A stretch of DNA of 46,023 nucleotides from a virus: the IMG/VR virus record IMGVR_UViG_3300014493_000001. One strand, given 5' to 3'. Made by a program: the position numbers and the translations under genes. The notes beneath the pieces are model-generated. The model made no database searches and was not told the origin of the DNA. It worked only from the letters and a program-made list of their open reading frames with translations. Shown one piece after another: positions 1 to 7,482 of this stretch; the stretch's first letter is position 1; each line of letters starts with the position of its first letter.

Positions 1-123
1 AGACTTCCTCGACATCGCCCTTCGGCTGGAGAAATCGAACATCCGCTTCCTTTCCGTGACTCAGCGGATGATCGACACCGACCAGAAAGACCCCATGGGC
101 CGTTTTCTTCTTCAGCTGTTCGC
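1..123. repeat. Terminal overlap copy A (identical to 45901..46023)
   Basis: Direct base-by-base comparison of the first and last 123 nt shows no mismatch. Confidence 0.99.
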
Positions 124-358
124 TTCGCTCGCCGAGCTCGAGCGCGGCATCATCATCGAGCGGGTGAAGGCCGGCGTCAAGGCAGCCCAGGCCCGCGGGG
201 TGAGATTCGGGCGGCCGCGGAAGGTAATCGATAGGGTCCGGGTGATGGAGATGCGGGCCAAGGGCGTCAGTTTCCGCGCCATCGCCCGCGAGCTCGGGTT
301 CCCCCTGGCCAAGATCCAGCGGACTGTATCGGCTGCCGGCTCAAACCCGCGCCAATAG
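1..358 (+). CDS. Small serine recombinase (resolvase/invertase family), C-terminal part; 5' part is at 45668..46023
   Basis: In frame with the ORF left open at 46023 (the 45,900 offset is divisible by 3). The C-terminal HTH is GVSFRAIARELGFPLAKIQR. TAG stop at 356..358. Confidence 0.9.
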   Translation, partial: DFLDIALRLEKSNIRFLSVTQRMIDTDQKDPMGRFLLQLFASLAELERGIIIERVKAGVKAAQARGVRFGRPRKVIDRVRVMEMRAKGVSFRAIARELGFPLAKIQRTVSAAGSNPRQ

Positions 359-395
359 GCTGTATCGGATGTCGCTTCAAAACCGCCGCGCTAAG
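324..395 (+). repeat. 36-bp tandem repeat (2 copies, 26/36 identical) covering the last 12 codons plus stop of the recombinase gene
   Basis: 324..359 is CTGTATCGGCTGCCGGCTCAAACCCGCGCCAATAGG and 360..395 is CTGTATCGGATGTCGCTTCAAAACCGCCGCGCTAAG. Both copies end in an in-frame stop. Confidence 0.8.
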
Positions 396-541
396 TGACG
401 CATTGAAAACGCTAGGCTTCCCCCCGGAGAGCTCCAAATATACTGTAGGTTCCGATACTGACGGGTCCTGCGGTTTTGGCGGGTTTCGTCCGGAGGATCG
501 GCGATTCCGCCCTCCCGCGGCGCCCCCGGCGCGGCGGGGCT

Positions 542-727
542 TTATGCGTCCGAATGAGTCGCGCGCGCACGGAGCTGGCGCCAGGCGAGTGCCAGGAGCA
601 GAGCCGCGGTGAGCAGCATCGCGGCCGTGCCCATGGCAGGAGCGACCACTGGCGGGCAGCTACAGATGCCGTGGGGACAGTAAGCACTTGCGATGCAGAT
701 CTCGATTTGGGGATCGGGGGTGTTCAT
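542..727 (-). CDS. Small Cys-rich membrane protein (hypothetical)
   Basis: 61-aa ORF with ATG preceded by AGGAGAA about 9 nt upstream. N-terminal CIASAYCPHGICSC and a C-terminal hydrophobic helix AAMLLTAALLLALAW. Confidence 0.55.
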   Translation of the reverse strand: MNTPDPQIEICIASAYCPHGICSCPPVVAPAMGTAAMLLTAALLLALAWRQLRARATHSDA

Positions 728-787
728 CGGTCGAATTCTCCTATATGGGGACGGATGTCTGGGTGGAGCCGCAATTGTACGAGCTCC

Positions 788-1012
788 TCAGTTGGGATCT
801 GCCGGGGTACCGGGTTCGAGGGGCAGCGCGGCGGCCGCCTGGCATCTCATCGCATGTACTGCGAGGGCGCGAGCAAACTGTATGGCAGCGTCCGGGGTTA
901 AGAGCAGCCAGGAGATCGGCTTGCCGAACTCGATGCTAACGCCGCGCGCATCGTGGCCGATTGCCACAGCTCCCTCGGCGGTGTCGGTGTGGACCAGGGG
1001 TTCGTCAGCCAC
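788..1012 (-). CDS. Hypothetical protein
   Basis: 74-aa ORF. Its GTG start overlaps the stop of the upstream gene by 8 nt. No domain recognised. Confidence 0.4.
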   Translation of the reverse strand: MADEPLVHTDTAEGAVAIGHDARGVSIEFGKPISWLLLTPDAAIQFARALAVHAMRCQAAAALPLEPGTPADPN

Positions 1013-1217
1013 GGTTCACCTCGATCACGGGTATGTGGTTGGCCGCGTTGAATCGATTTCGGGTAGGATTCTGCGTTTGGCTGTAAGACCATTTCACCAG
1101 GTCTGCCACGGTGGCGGTGGTCATCAGGTGGGGCGTTTGGGCGAGCCAGTCGGCGACCAGCTCGTCTAGGGACTCGTGTAGCTCGTGGTGGCGTTGCCTG
1201 TGTTCTTCGTTGCTCAT
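1005..1217 (-). CDS. Hypothetical protein
   Basis: 70-aa ORF with ATG and GGAGG about 12 nt upstream. Confidence 0.5.
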   Translation of the reverse strand: MSNEEHRQRHHELHESLDELVADWLAQTPHLMTTATVADLVKWSYSQTQNPTRNRFNAANHIPVIEVNRG

Positions 1218-1238
1218 CTTCTCGAAATCCTCCGTCTT

Positions 1239-1688
1239 TCATGCTGAGGCCTCCAGTAACGGACGTTCTCCGTCCTTCCGATTGCACCTCGTGTCTCTCG
1301 AATGCACTAGATGCACGGGCCTGTCGTAGTTCAAATGACACCACTGGCAGAGCATCTTCCCGTTCTCCAACCGGTCGTCTCCAGCTACTCGGTTTAGGTG
1401 CGCGGCTGTAAGCACGATCTTGACCCCACGCCAGTTCGCGTTCGGATACGCCTCGATAAAGGCGTAGAACTCCAAATGCGGCTGGACGGCTCCCCAGGGG
1501 GCATGTGCCGCGCCCGAATCGCTCCACCACCATCCTGCGAAGGCCTTCAGATTCACTCGCCACACTCTCGCTCTATTCGGTGCGTGGCATTGTTCGCAGG
1601 CGTTCCCTGATCTATCCAGGAGTGCATTTACGAAGGCCCTGTATTGAGGACCTCGGTAGAGGTGACGGAGGTGTCTAGGAATGGGCAT
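1239..1688 (-). CDS. HNH endonuclease
   Basis: CEQCH near the N-terminus, and AAHLNRVAGDDRLENGKMLCQWCH, which is the His-Asn-His core flanked by CxxC pairs. Confidence 0.65.
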   Translation of the reverse strand: MPIPRHLRHLYRGPQYRAFVNALLDRSGNACEQCHAPNRARVWRVNLKAFAGWWWSDSGAAHAPWGAVQPHLEFYAFIEAYPNANWRGVKIVLTAAHLNRVAGDDRLENGKMLCQWCHLNYDRPVHLVHSRDTRCNRKDGERPLLEASA

Positions 1689-2409
1689 ATTGCTTTCTCT
1701 GGCTTGTCGGGAGCGCCTCCGGCCTCAAAAGCTTCATCGCCTCAAGACCGATGAATCGTGAGTATGCCGGCGGAATAGCCTGCGAGAGCTTGCTCATGGG
1801 CATCCAGTTGATTCCCATCGCCTCCCGGGCCTGCTGCACGGTGAACGTCTCGCGCGTGCGATTGTGGTCCGTGTTCGTCTGAGGCGTGCTCCCGCGACGA
1901 TCATGACATCGCGCGCCACCACGGCCGCGAGTCCCGTTGCCGGTCCCAGTGACGCTGATTGCTAGCCTTTTCCCCGAATCGCTCATTCCCGGCGCACTGT
2001 GGCCGATGACTGAAATCGTGGTGCGCCGGTTATCCACCGGGGTGTGGCCGCAGACCGTCAGGGAGGCCTTCCGATTCGCGTTTACCTCGGCATAGTCTCC
2101 AGCGATCGACAAAGAGCCGACCGAACCGCCTCCATGCTGGCACGCCGGCCGCAGGGCGATTGAGAAGCTCGTCTCGAAGAGCCGGTGCCTCCTCAGTTCC
2201 GCACGCCCATCTTGCGTCTGAAGGCCGAACATCGTGCCGCAGAGCAAAATCAGGTAACCGGACTCTCCCAGGGGCGCGCCCTCCACGTTCTCGATGCAGT
2301 AGGGAATCCCGCTCGCTACCAAACGCGCCCGCGTGTCGGGAATCAGGTTCGGGTGCTCCTTGGCGGTCGGCATAAAACGCAGAGAGGTGCGATCCTTAGG
2401 ACGGCCCAT
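1675..2409 (-). CDS. C5-cytosine DNA methyltransferase-like protein lacking the N-terminal AdoMet (motif I) and catalytic PCQ (motif IV) region
   Basis: Motifs seen: HPNLIPDTRARLVASGIPYCIENVEGAPL (ENV motif), LLCGTMFGL...RRHRLFE, and C-terminal AMGINWM...LSQAIPPAYSRFIG. ATG 2409 has GGAGG 8 nt upstream. No FxGxG or PPCQ is present in any frame upstream. Confidence 0.6.
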   Translation of the reverse strand: MGRPKDRTSLRFMPTAKEHPNLIPDTRARLVASGIPYCIENVEGAPLGESGYLILLCGTMFGLQTQDGRAELRRHRLFETSFSIALRPACQHGGGSVGSLSIAGDYAEVNANRKASLTVCGHTPVDNRRTTISVIGHSAPGMSDSGKRLAISVTGTGNGTRGRGGARCHDRRGSTPQTNTDHNRTRETFTVQQAREAMGINWMPMSKLSQAIPPAYSRFIGLEAMKLLRPEALPTSQRKQYAHS

Positions 2410-2608
2410 GCTCGGTGCCTCCTGCCGACACATGGAGGGTCCGTCCGCTGAATCCGCGAGCCAGCAGCCAAGCTGTGGCTCGCTCGCAGTATTGATTCCA
2501 GCTGCCCTGTCTGGCGTAATGGTCGAGCTCCATGGTTTCCTCGTCGCTCAAACGTTCCAGGGCCTCGGCGATGGCCTGAGGAGTGAAAATAATCAGTGGC
2601 TCTGGCAT
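2396..2608 (-). CDS. Hypothetical protein
   Basis: 70-aa ORF with ATG and AGGA about 9 nt upstream. It overlaps the next gene by 14 nt. Confidence 0.45.
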   Translation of the reverse strand: MPEPLIIFTPQAIAEALERLSDEETMELDHYARQGSWNQYCERATAWLLARGFSGRTLHVSAGGTEHGPS

Positions 2609-2609
2609 A

Positions 2610-2933
2610 TCAGTCGTCCTTGTACGGCAGCCATTGCTGGCGCACAGGCGGCGGAGGCGGCGGCGGAACGTTCAGCAAAAACAACGGAACTCCTCCCGGT
2701 ACCGGGGTCGCACCCTCCAGGACCTCGTTCACGCACGCTATGGAGCGTAAAAGACTGAGGGAAGACCCGCAGACGTTCACGTTCTTGCGTGTGACCTGAT
2801 AGTTGATTCGAACCCCCTGAGAAGAGAGGTCCGTCCAGATTCTGACGCGGTGGCCGTTCCTTCGGCCGGTCCACTTCCGTTTCTTCCTCAGTTGCGCGAA
2901 GATAGTAGCGCGCTGTTGATCGTCGATGATCAT
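2610..2933 (-). CDS. Hypothetical protein with C-terminal poly-Pro run
   Basis: ATG 2933 has GAAAGGA 8 nt upstream. The longer ORF to 3005 only adds an Arg/Pro-rich extension. Confidence 0.5.
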   Translation of the reverse strand: MIIDDQQRATIFAQLRKKRKWTGRRNGHRVRIWTDLSSQGVRINYQVTRKNVNVCGSSLSLLRSIACVNEVLEGATPVPGGVPLFLLNVPPPPPPPVRQQWLPYKDD

Positions 2934-3001
2934 AAGCGTTGATCCTTTCACCGGTGAAGATCTAGGGGACCGCGACGGGAGATCCGGTCCCCTTTCTCTT
3001 T

Positions 3002-3160
3002 TCACTCTTCCCAGTTCATCCGGCCGGGAAGATTCGCCTTACCGCGGCGCGCCCGCGGTGCGGAATCGTAATTCGCGTGGTAGAACTCCCGCCATCCTAA
3101 GACTCGCCGGATCAATCCGAGCAAGACCAGGGCGGCGAGGAAGATGAGCGCTACCCGCAT
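3002..3160 (-). CDS. Small membrane protein (hypothetical)
   Basis: 52 aa beginning MRVALIFLAALVLLGLI, a single TM helix. The upstream part of the 104-aa ORF is Arg-rich and looks non-coding. Confidence 0.4.
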   Translation of the reverse strand: MRVALIFLAALVLLGLIRRVLGWREFYHANYDSAPRARRGKANLPGRMNWEE

Positions 3161-3185
3161 TAGATAATCATCCGGATTGTGACGA

Positions 3186-3434
3186 TCATGAACCTGTCCT
3201 CCTGGTCGCTTCCGGCGTCTCCGAGCGAATCGCTTTCGGCGCACCGTGCGGCCCACAGTTGCACATGGCGCGGGCCCGCCGGGCCATCTCCCCGAGAGAC
3301 AACATCCCGAGCGCATCGGCGTGCTCCGCCATCTCTTCGAGCGGCAGGCGCCGCAGTCTGTCCACCGCGAGCAGTAAGTCCGCCTGCCCGTTGGCGTAGT
3401 CCTGAAGCTTAATTCCGATAGCAGAATTACTCAA
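3186..3434 (-). CDS. Hypothetical protein (TTG start; alternative ATG at 3332)
   Basis: The in-frame TTG has GGAGGA 6 nt upstream and overlaps the stop of the preceding gene. The rest of the 242-aa track ORF is out-of-frame shadow of 3431..3967. Confidence 0.35.
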   Translation of the reverse strand: MSNSAIGIKLQDYANGQADLLLAVDRLRRLPLEEMAEHADALGMLSLGEMARRARAMCNCGPHGAPKAIRSETPEATRRTGS

Positions 3435-3967
3435 TCGGAGTCCTCCATCCTCGCCACTTCCGACACCGTGAGACCCCTGGAGGGGCCGACGTACTTCTCC
3501 ATGGCCTTGACCACCTGGTTGAGCTCCTGGGTGCGTTCGTAGTGCCGCTGATTGAGCAGCTTCACATACCAGCGAACCTGGCTGATCGTCGCGTTGGCCA
3601 ACAGCGGACGCTTGCCTTCTGCGGTGAGAATTCGCCGCGGCAGATGGGATAGCTCGCGGAAGAGGACGATCTGCGCCGGCTTGGGGCGCACTTTCCGGCG
3701 GTGGGACTGGATAGCCCGCTGGAGGAAGCGGATCAGCAGCACGCTGGCGAATTCGTCGAGCGGGCTGAAGAGTGGGTCGCGATCGTCGTGAATCAACGAC
3801 CGTACCACGTCGTCCACCGGCTCCTGCGGGTGGAGGATGGCGGCATTTTCCACCAGCCCCAAAACCTGGGATTTTAATTCCGAATCCGAAATTACCGTAG
3901 CTTTTGAGCCACACTCTGCAAGCTGTCTCAAAACGGCCTCTCTATCTCCCCGTGGACTAGTCGCCAT
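3431..3967 (-). CDS. Hypothetical early protein
   Basis: 178 aa from ATG 3967 with GGAGG 6 nt upstream. Balanced amino-acid composition. Confidence 0.6.
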   Translation of the reverse strand: MATSPRGDREAVLRQLAECGSKATVISDSELKSQVLGLVENAAILHPQEPVDDVVRSLIHDDRDPLFSPLDEFASVLLIRFLQRAIQSHRRKVRPKPAQIVLFRELSHLPRRILTAEGKRPLLANATISQVRWYVKLLNQRHYERTQELNQVVKAMEKYVGPSRGLTVSEVARMEDSD

Positions 3968-5654
3968 GGGCGGCCTCCGCTCTGGCCTGGCCTTCTTCGC
4001 TGTCGACCGGCTTGCGATTTTGCAAGTCCTCAAGTTGCGCCAGGAGATGCTCTTCGTCTTCCCTCAAGCGCTGTAGCTTGGCCTTGGCGCGCGTAGTGGC
4101 GATCGACGATGTCCCGGCGTCCTGCAGGTCTTTGGTGGCGCAGACGATGGCATCGCGGACCTTGCGCAGCAGTTCGCGCACTCCCCGGACCTCTTCGCTG
4201 TCCGGCTCGATGAGCGGCGCGCCTTTTTCCCAATCGACCACCTCCATCCGCGTCGGATTCGCCGATGTCGGCCGTTCAACGGGATTGTCGTGGAACTTCT
4301 TAGGCAGGTATTTGATCAGCCACGCGAAGGGTGAACCCTTCTTGCGCGCTTCCTTCACCATCGCTTCAGCCATGGCAGCGATCTGCGCTATGGTGGCCTT
4401 CGGAGAGCCCATGCGGGATCGCCGGATGATCATGTCGCAGCCTTCCACGTCGGCATTCACATGGCCTCGCAACGTGTCCATTAGTTGATAGGCTTCAGGT
4501 CCGTACATTGGAGTTTCTTTCTTCCGGGGCTGGGAGACGAGTTCGCTCCCGGCGTCAGCCGGATTCGCGGAATGGGAATATTCGGCGCCTCTACCGGCGG
4601 ATGGTGCTGACGGAAGCCCTTCAACGGGGGGATTTAGAGACGCCGAAACTGGTTGGGGCGTGACGCTGAACAGAGGCCCCTGAATGCCGGCGATGGTTGG
4701 CGATCCGGCCTCCCGTGCGATCAGCTCCGCCATGGAGCGTGCCCGGAGTATCTGGCGCTCATAAGCGAGTTGGTCTTTCTGCTGGCGCTGCTGGTCTTTC
4801 TGGCGCACTTGATCCAGACGCGTGAGTTGACGCACCTGGACCTGCATCTTCGGGTGGGCGCGGAATATCTCAGGATCGACCCCGAATTCGTTACCCCAGG
4901 TCAAAAATAGCTGGTCCGGGGTGAACGCGTTGTTGGAAGCATTGGACTTATCGTCGGACCTGTAGTCAAAGTCGGCTACAGCCCCCCTCTGTCGGTATGT
5001 CTTCGCCGGCTTTGGCCGAGCCAGGAGAAATATGCCGACGCGGATGCCCCTGCCGGTCTGGCCGAGTTTGCGGCGCTCTTCTGCAGGCAGCGTATGCAGC
5101 GGCGTGAGGAGTTTTAGTTCCACGGCCTTTTCGTACCCCAGGCCGAGCAGATTCTGGGGCAAGCACTCCAGCCGCGCCCTTTCGATCCAGCCGTCCGCTT
5201 CCAGGGTTTCAAAGACCTTGCGCAGTTGCTGGCGCGCCTTCTTCATCTCCGCGAGTTGTTGCTTCGAGGGCTGATAGGCGGAATCGGCATAGTCCTCCAT
5301 CCAATACTCGAAGAGCTTCACCGCAATGCTGTTCGACGTCATCACCTCCGTAACCAACGGAGTGCCGTGCTCCTCCGCGCGCTTGTCGTACTTCCGGTGG
5401 AGTGTGGGACTCTCTTCGAAGACCTCGAAGCGCTTCAGCTTGCGCATCACCACGGCCAGCTCGGTCTCGAAAGGAAAGGTGTGGATGAACAGCACACCCA
5501 GCACGTTGACCTTGAGCGGCACGATTTCCGGCCGGATGAGCGCTCGCAATGGAAGCCGGCTATTAGTGCCCCACTCGCCGTCGTAGAGGCCCTGTGCCAC
5601 GATATGAGGCGGGGTGTCCTTGTGGCGGGCCTTCTCTTTTATCCGCTTAGCCAT
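3957..5654 (-). CDS. Large early protein of unknown function (possible replication/initiator role, speculative)
   Basis: 565-aa ORF and first gene of the leftward operon. It has a central Gln/Arg coiled-coil-like stretch (QKDQQRQQKDQ). No catalytic motif recognised. Confidence 0.7.
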   Translation of the reverse strand: MAKRIKEKARHKDTPPHIVAQGLYDGEWGTNSRLPLRALIRPEIVPLKVNVLGVLFIHTFPFETELAVVMRKLKRFEVFEESPTLHRKYDKRAEEHGTPLVTEVMTSNSIAVKLFEYWMEDYADSAYQPSKQQLAEMKKARQQLRKVFETLEADGWIERARLECLPQNLLGLGYEKAVELKLLTPLHTLPAEERRKLGQTGRGIRVGIFLLARPKPAKTYRQRGAVADFDYRSDDKSNASNNAFTPDQLFLTWGNEFGVDPEIFRAHPKMQVQVRQLTRLDQVRQKDQQRQQKDQLAYERQILRARSMAELIAREAGSPTIAGIQGPLFSVTPQPVSASLNPPVEGLPSAPSAGRGAEYSHSANPADAGSELVSQPRKKETPMYGPEAYQLMDTLRGHVNADVEGCDMIIRRSRMGSPKATIAQIAAMAEAMVKEARKKGSPFAWLIKYLPKKFHDNPVERPTSANPTRMEVVDWEKGAPLIEPDSEEVRGVRELLRKVRDAIVCATKDLQDAGTSSIATTRAKAKLQRLREDEEHLLAQLEDLQNRKPVDSEEGQARAEAAHGD

Positions 5655-5851
5655 GCTTCTGATCCTGGGTTACAAAACGTTGCAGGTTTACGCTTGGGAA
5701 AAGAGAAGCTCTGTGGCAGAATTGAGGAGAGCCGACTCCTTCCGGCGTTCTAAAGTTCAGCCTCGGCGCGCGCAACTTTCGACGGGAACGCGTTTCGAGG
5801 AAAATTCAGGGTATCGGGGGGAGACCTTCCACGGCTGCTGAGTGCGGCATG

Positions 5852-5884
5852 GCAAGATCGATTACAATAATCTTGCTGTAATCG
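5852..5884. promoter_or_regulatory. Interleaved inverted repeats A-B-ATA-A'-B' upstream of the tyrosine recombinase gene
   Basis: GCAAGAT (5852..5858) pairs with ATCTTGC (5870..5876). CGATTACA (5859..5866) pairs with TGTAATCG (5877..5884). Confidence 0.5.
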
Positions 5885-5944
5885 AAACCCACCCAGTACC
5901 GACCACCCTAGAAAGCAGCCCAGACGCGCCGATAAGTGCTCCGA

Positions 5945-6880
5945 ATGAGCCCCCAGGAGACTTACCTCCGCACTCTCCGAGAAGAGAGCAAGAGGTTGAC
6001 TCAGGGGACGGTCGCACGGAACACAGTCGTCGGCTACCGCTACGACTGGGCTATGTTCGAGAGCTGGTGTCGCCAGTACAGTCGCGTGCCCTTCCCCGCA
6101 GACCCGGAAACGGTTCTGTTGTACCTCACCGATCTGATCCACCAGGGAAAGAAGCTCACCACAGCCAACCGGCGTAAGTGCGCCATCGCCTACGAACATC
6201 GCCTCCGGGGAACCGACTCCCCAGTTACTCAGGAAGTGAAAAGGATGCTCTGCGGCGCGCAGAGATTGATGGCCGAGAAGCCGCGGCAGATGGTTCCGAT
6301 CACAGTCGGGCAGTTGTCCGAAATGAGCGGACAACTGGAAAGGCTCAATAAATTCACCGCCTGGCGGGACCGTGCGCTGCTGGTGCTGGGCTTCGCCTCC
6401 GCCTTGCGCCGCTCTAACCTCGCAGCCTTGCGCCTGGCCGATATTGAGTTCCGCAAGGAGGGGCTGGCGATCGGCGTAGGCCGCGAGAAAAACGATCAGC
6501 AGGGCCATGGGCGCCTGTTGGGAGCGCCCCGCGGACATCACCGGGCCACTTGTCCGGTACGGACGATGCGAGACTGGCTCAAGCGCCGCGGGGAGATGCC
6601 CGGTCCGTTGTTTCCGCGGCAGCGGAGGGACGCCGGTTGCTTGGACGGCGACTCGGTAACACGCATCGTGAAAACCTGCGTTCGAATGATCGGCCTGGAT
6701 GCCAAGCAGTATGGAGCCCACTCGCTGCGCGCCGGATTCATCACCGAGGCTGGACTCGCCAGCGTGGGCGAGTTGCAGATTGCCAAGCAAACGGGACACC
6801 GCTCGATGGCGGTTTTGCGGCGCTACTTCCGGCCGCAAGACCTGTTTCGCGGCAACGCTGGCGCGATGCTGGGGCTGTGA
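5945..6880 (+). CDS. int: Tyrosine recombinase/integrase, Cre-like
   Basis: ALRRSNLAALRLADI (Arg), HSLRAGF (His-x-x-Arg) and GHRSMAVLRRYF (His, Tyr). The N-terminal YDWAMFESWC...FPADPETVLLYL matches the Cre-type W..WC...FPA.PE.V..YL pattern. An alternative GTG start lies at 5936. Confidence 0.9.
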   Translation: MSPQETYLRTLREESKRLTQGTVARNTVVGYRYDWAMFESWCRQYSRVPFPADPETVLLYLTDLIHQGKKLTTANRRKCAIAYEHRLRGTDSPVTQEVKRMLCGAQRLMAEKPRQMVPITVGQLSEMSGQLERLNKFTAWRDRALLVLGFASALRRSNLAALRLADIEFRKEGLAIGVGREKNDQQGHGRLLGAPRGHHRATCPVRTMRDWLKRRGEMPGPLFPRQRRDAGCLDGDSVTRIVKTCVRMIGLDAKQYGAHSLRAGFITEAGLASVGELQIAKQTGHRSMAVLRRYFRPQDLFRGNAGAMLGL

Positions 6881-6882
6881 GT

Positions 6883-7071
6883 TCATACCTCTGCAGTGTC
6901 GGCTGCCGGCTTACTGTCGGCGACTGGCGGATGCCAGCGGGCGTTCGCCATGCGGCGCGCGCGCTCAGAGCGTTGCTCAAGAGTCATGGTCTCTATTCGC
7001 TTGCGCTTGGCCGCTTTGGCCCCTCGCTTCCCTATGACCGCCATCACTCTGCGAATTTCCGATTTGCGCAT
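6883..7071 (-). CDS. Small basic protein with TxEQR...ARW motif
   Basis: ATG 7071 has GGAG 5-6 nt upstream. The sequence is MRKSEIRRVMAVIGKRGAKAAKRKRIETMTLEQRSERARRMANARWH. Confidence 0.5.
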   Translation of the reverse strand: MRKSEIRRVMAVIGKRGAKAAKRKRIETMTLEQRSERARRMANARWHPPVADSKPAADTAEV

Positions 7072-7094
7072 GATTACTCCGAATGATAGTCCCA

Positions 7095-7124
7095 TGCATA
7101 GCTGGAATGCAACAGAAATTTCAA
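7095..7124 (-). promoter_or_regulatory. Sigma-70-like promoter for 6883..7071
   Basis: On the minus strand: TTGAAA (7124..7119), an 18-nt spacer, then TATGCA (7100..7095). This places the TSS about 15 nt upstream of the SD. Confidence 0.35.
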
Positions 7125-7224
7125 GGTAGCCTCCGGAAGTCTACCGCCAGTAGCCGCCCCGGAACGAACGCAGTAGGCTCTCCAGTCCAGCGTATTGAGA
7201 ATACATATAGAGAGTACAGATAGG

Positions 7225-7482
7225 AGACCCACCGGCCCCCTTCTTTGAGAGTGGAATCGACACAATCCCGTCGTCGTCGTGTTCCCGCTTTAGAGGGCCG
7301 GAACAAAAACGACGACGACGGGCCACAGCCTAAGCCCCCAGGAGCGCACACAAAGACCCACCGGCCCCCTTCTTTGAGAGTGGAATCGACACAATCCCGT
7401 CGTCGTCGTGTTCCCGCTTTAGAGGGCCGGAACAAGAACGACGACGACGTGCCGCAGCCTAAGCCCCCAGGAGCGCACACAA
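7225..7482. repeat. Two tandem copies of a 129-bp unit, each carrying a long hairpin
   Basis: 7225..7353 against 7354..7482 shows 3 mismatches. The hairpin in copy 1 pairs CCCGTCGTCGTCGT (7267..7280) with ACGACGACGACGGG (7309..7322), with an inner GTTCC/GGAAC stem. Confidence 0.95.

Noticed and set aside
370-480. hix/gix-type invertase sites (TTCAAAACC, TTGAAAAC, GGTTTTGG), which would imply an invertible promoter segment next to the serine recombinase.
   Set aside because: The half-sites lack the 12-2-12 dyad of Hin/Gin sites. The only inverted pair is 9 bp. I kept the region as a generic candidate recombination site, not as an invertible switch.
7225-7482. Possible CRISPR array or retron msr/msd.
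   Set aside because: There are only two abutting copies with no spacers. There is no cas gene and no reverse transcriptase anywhere in the genome.
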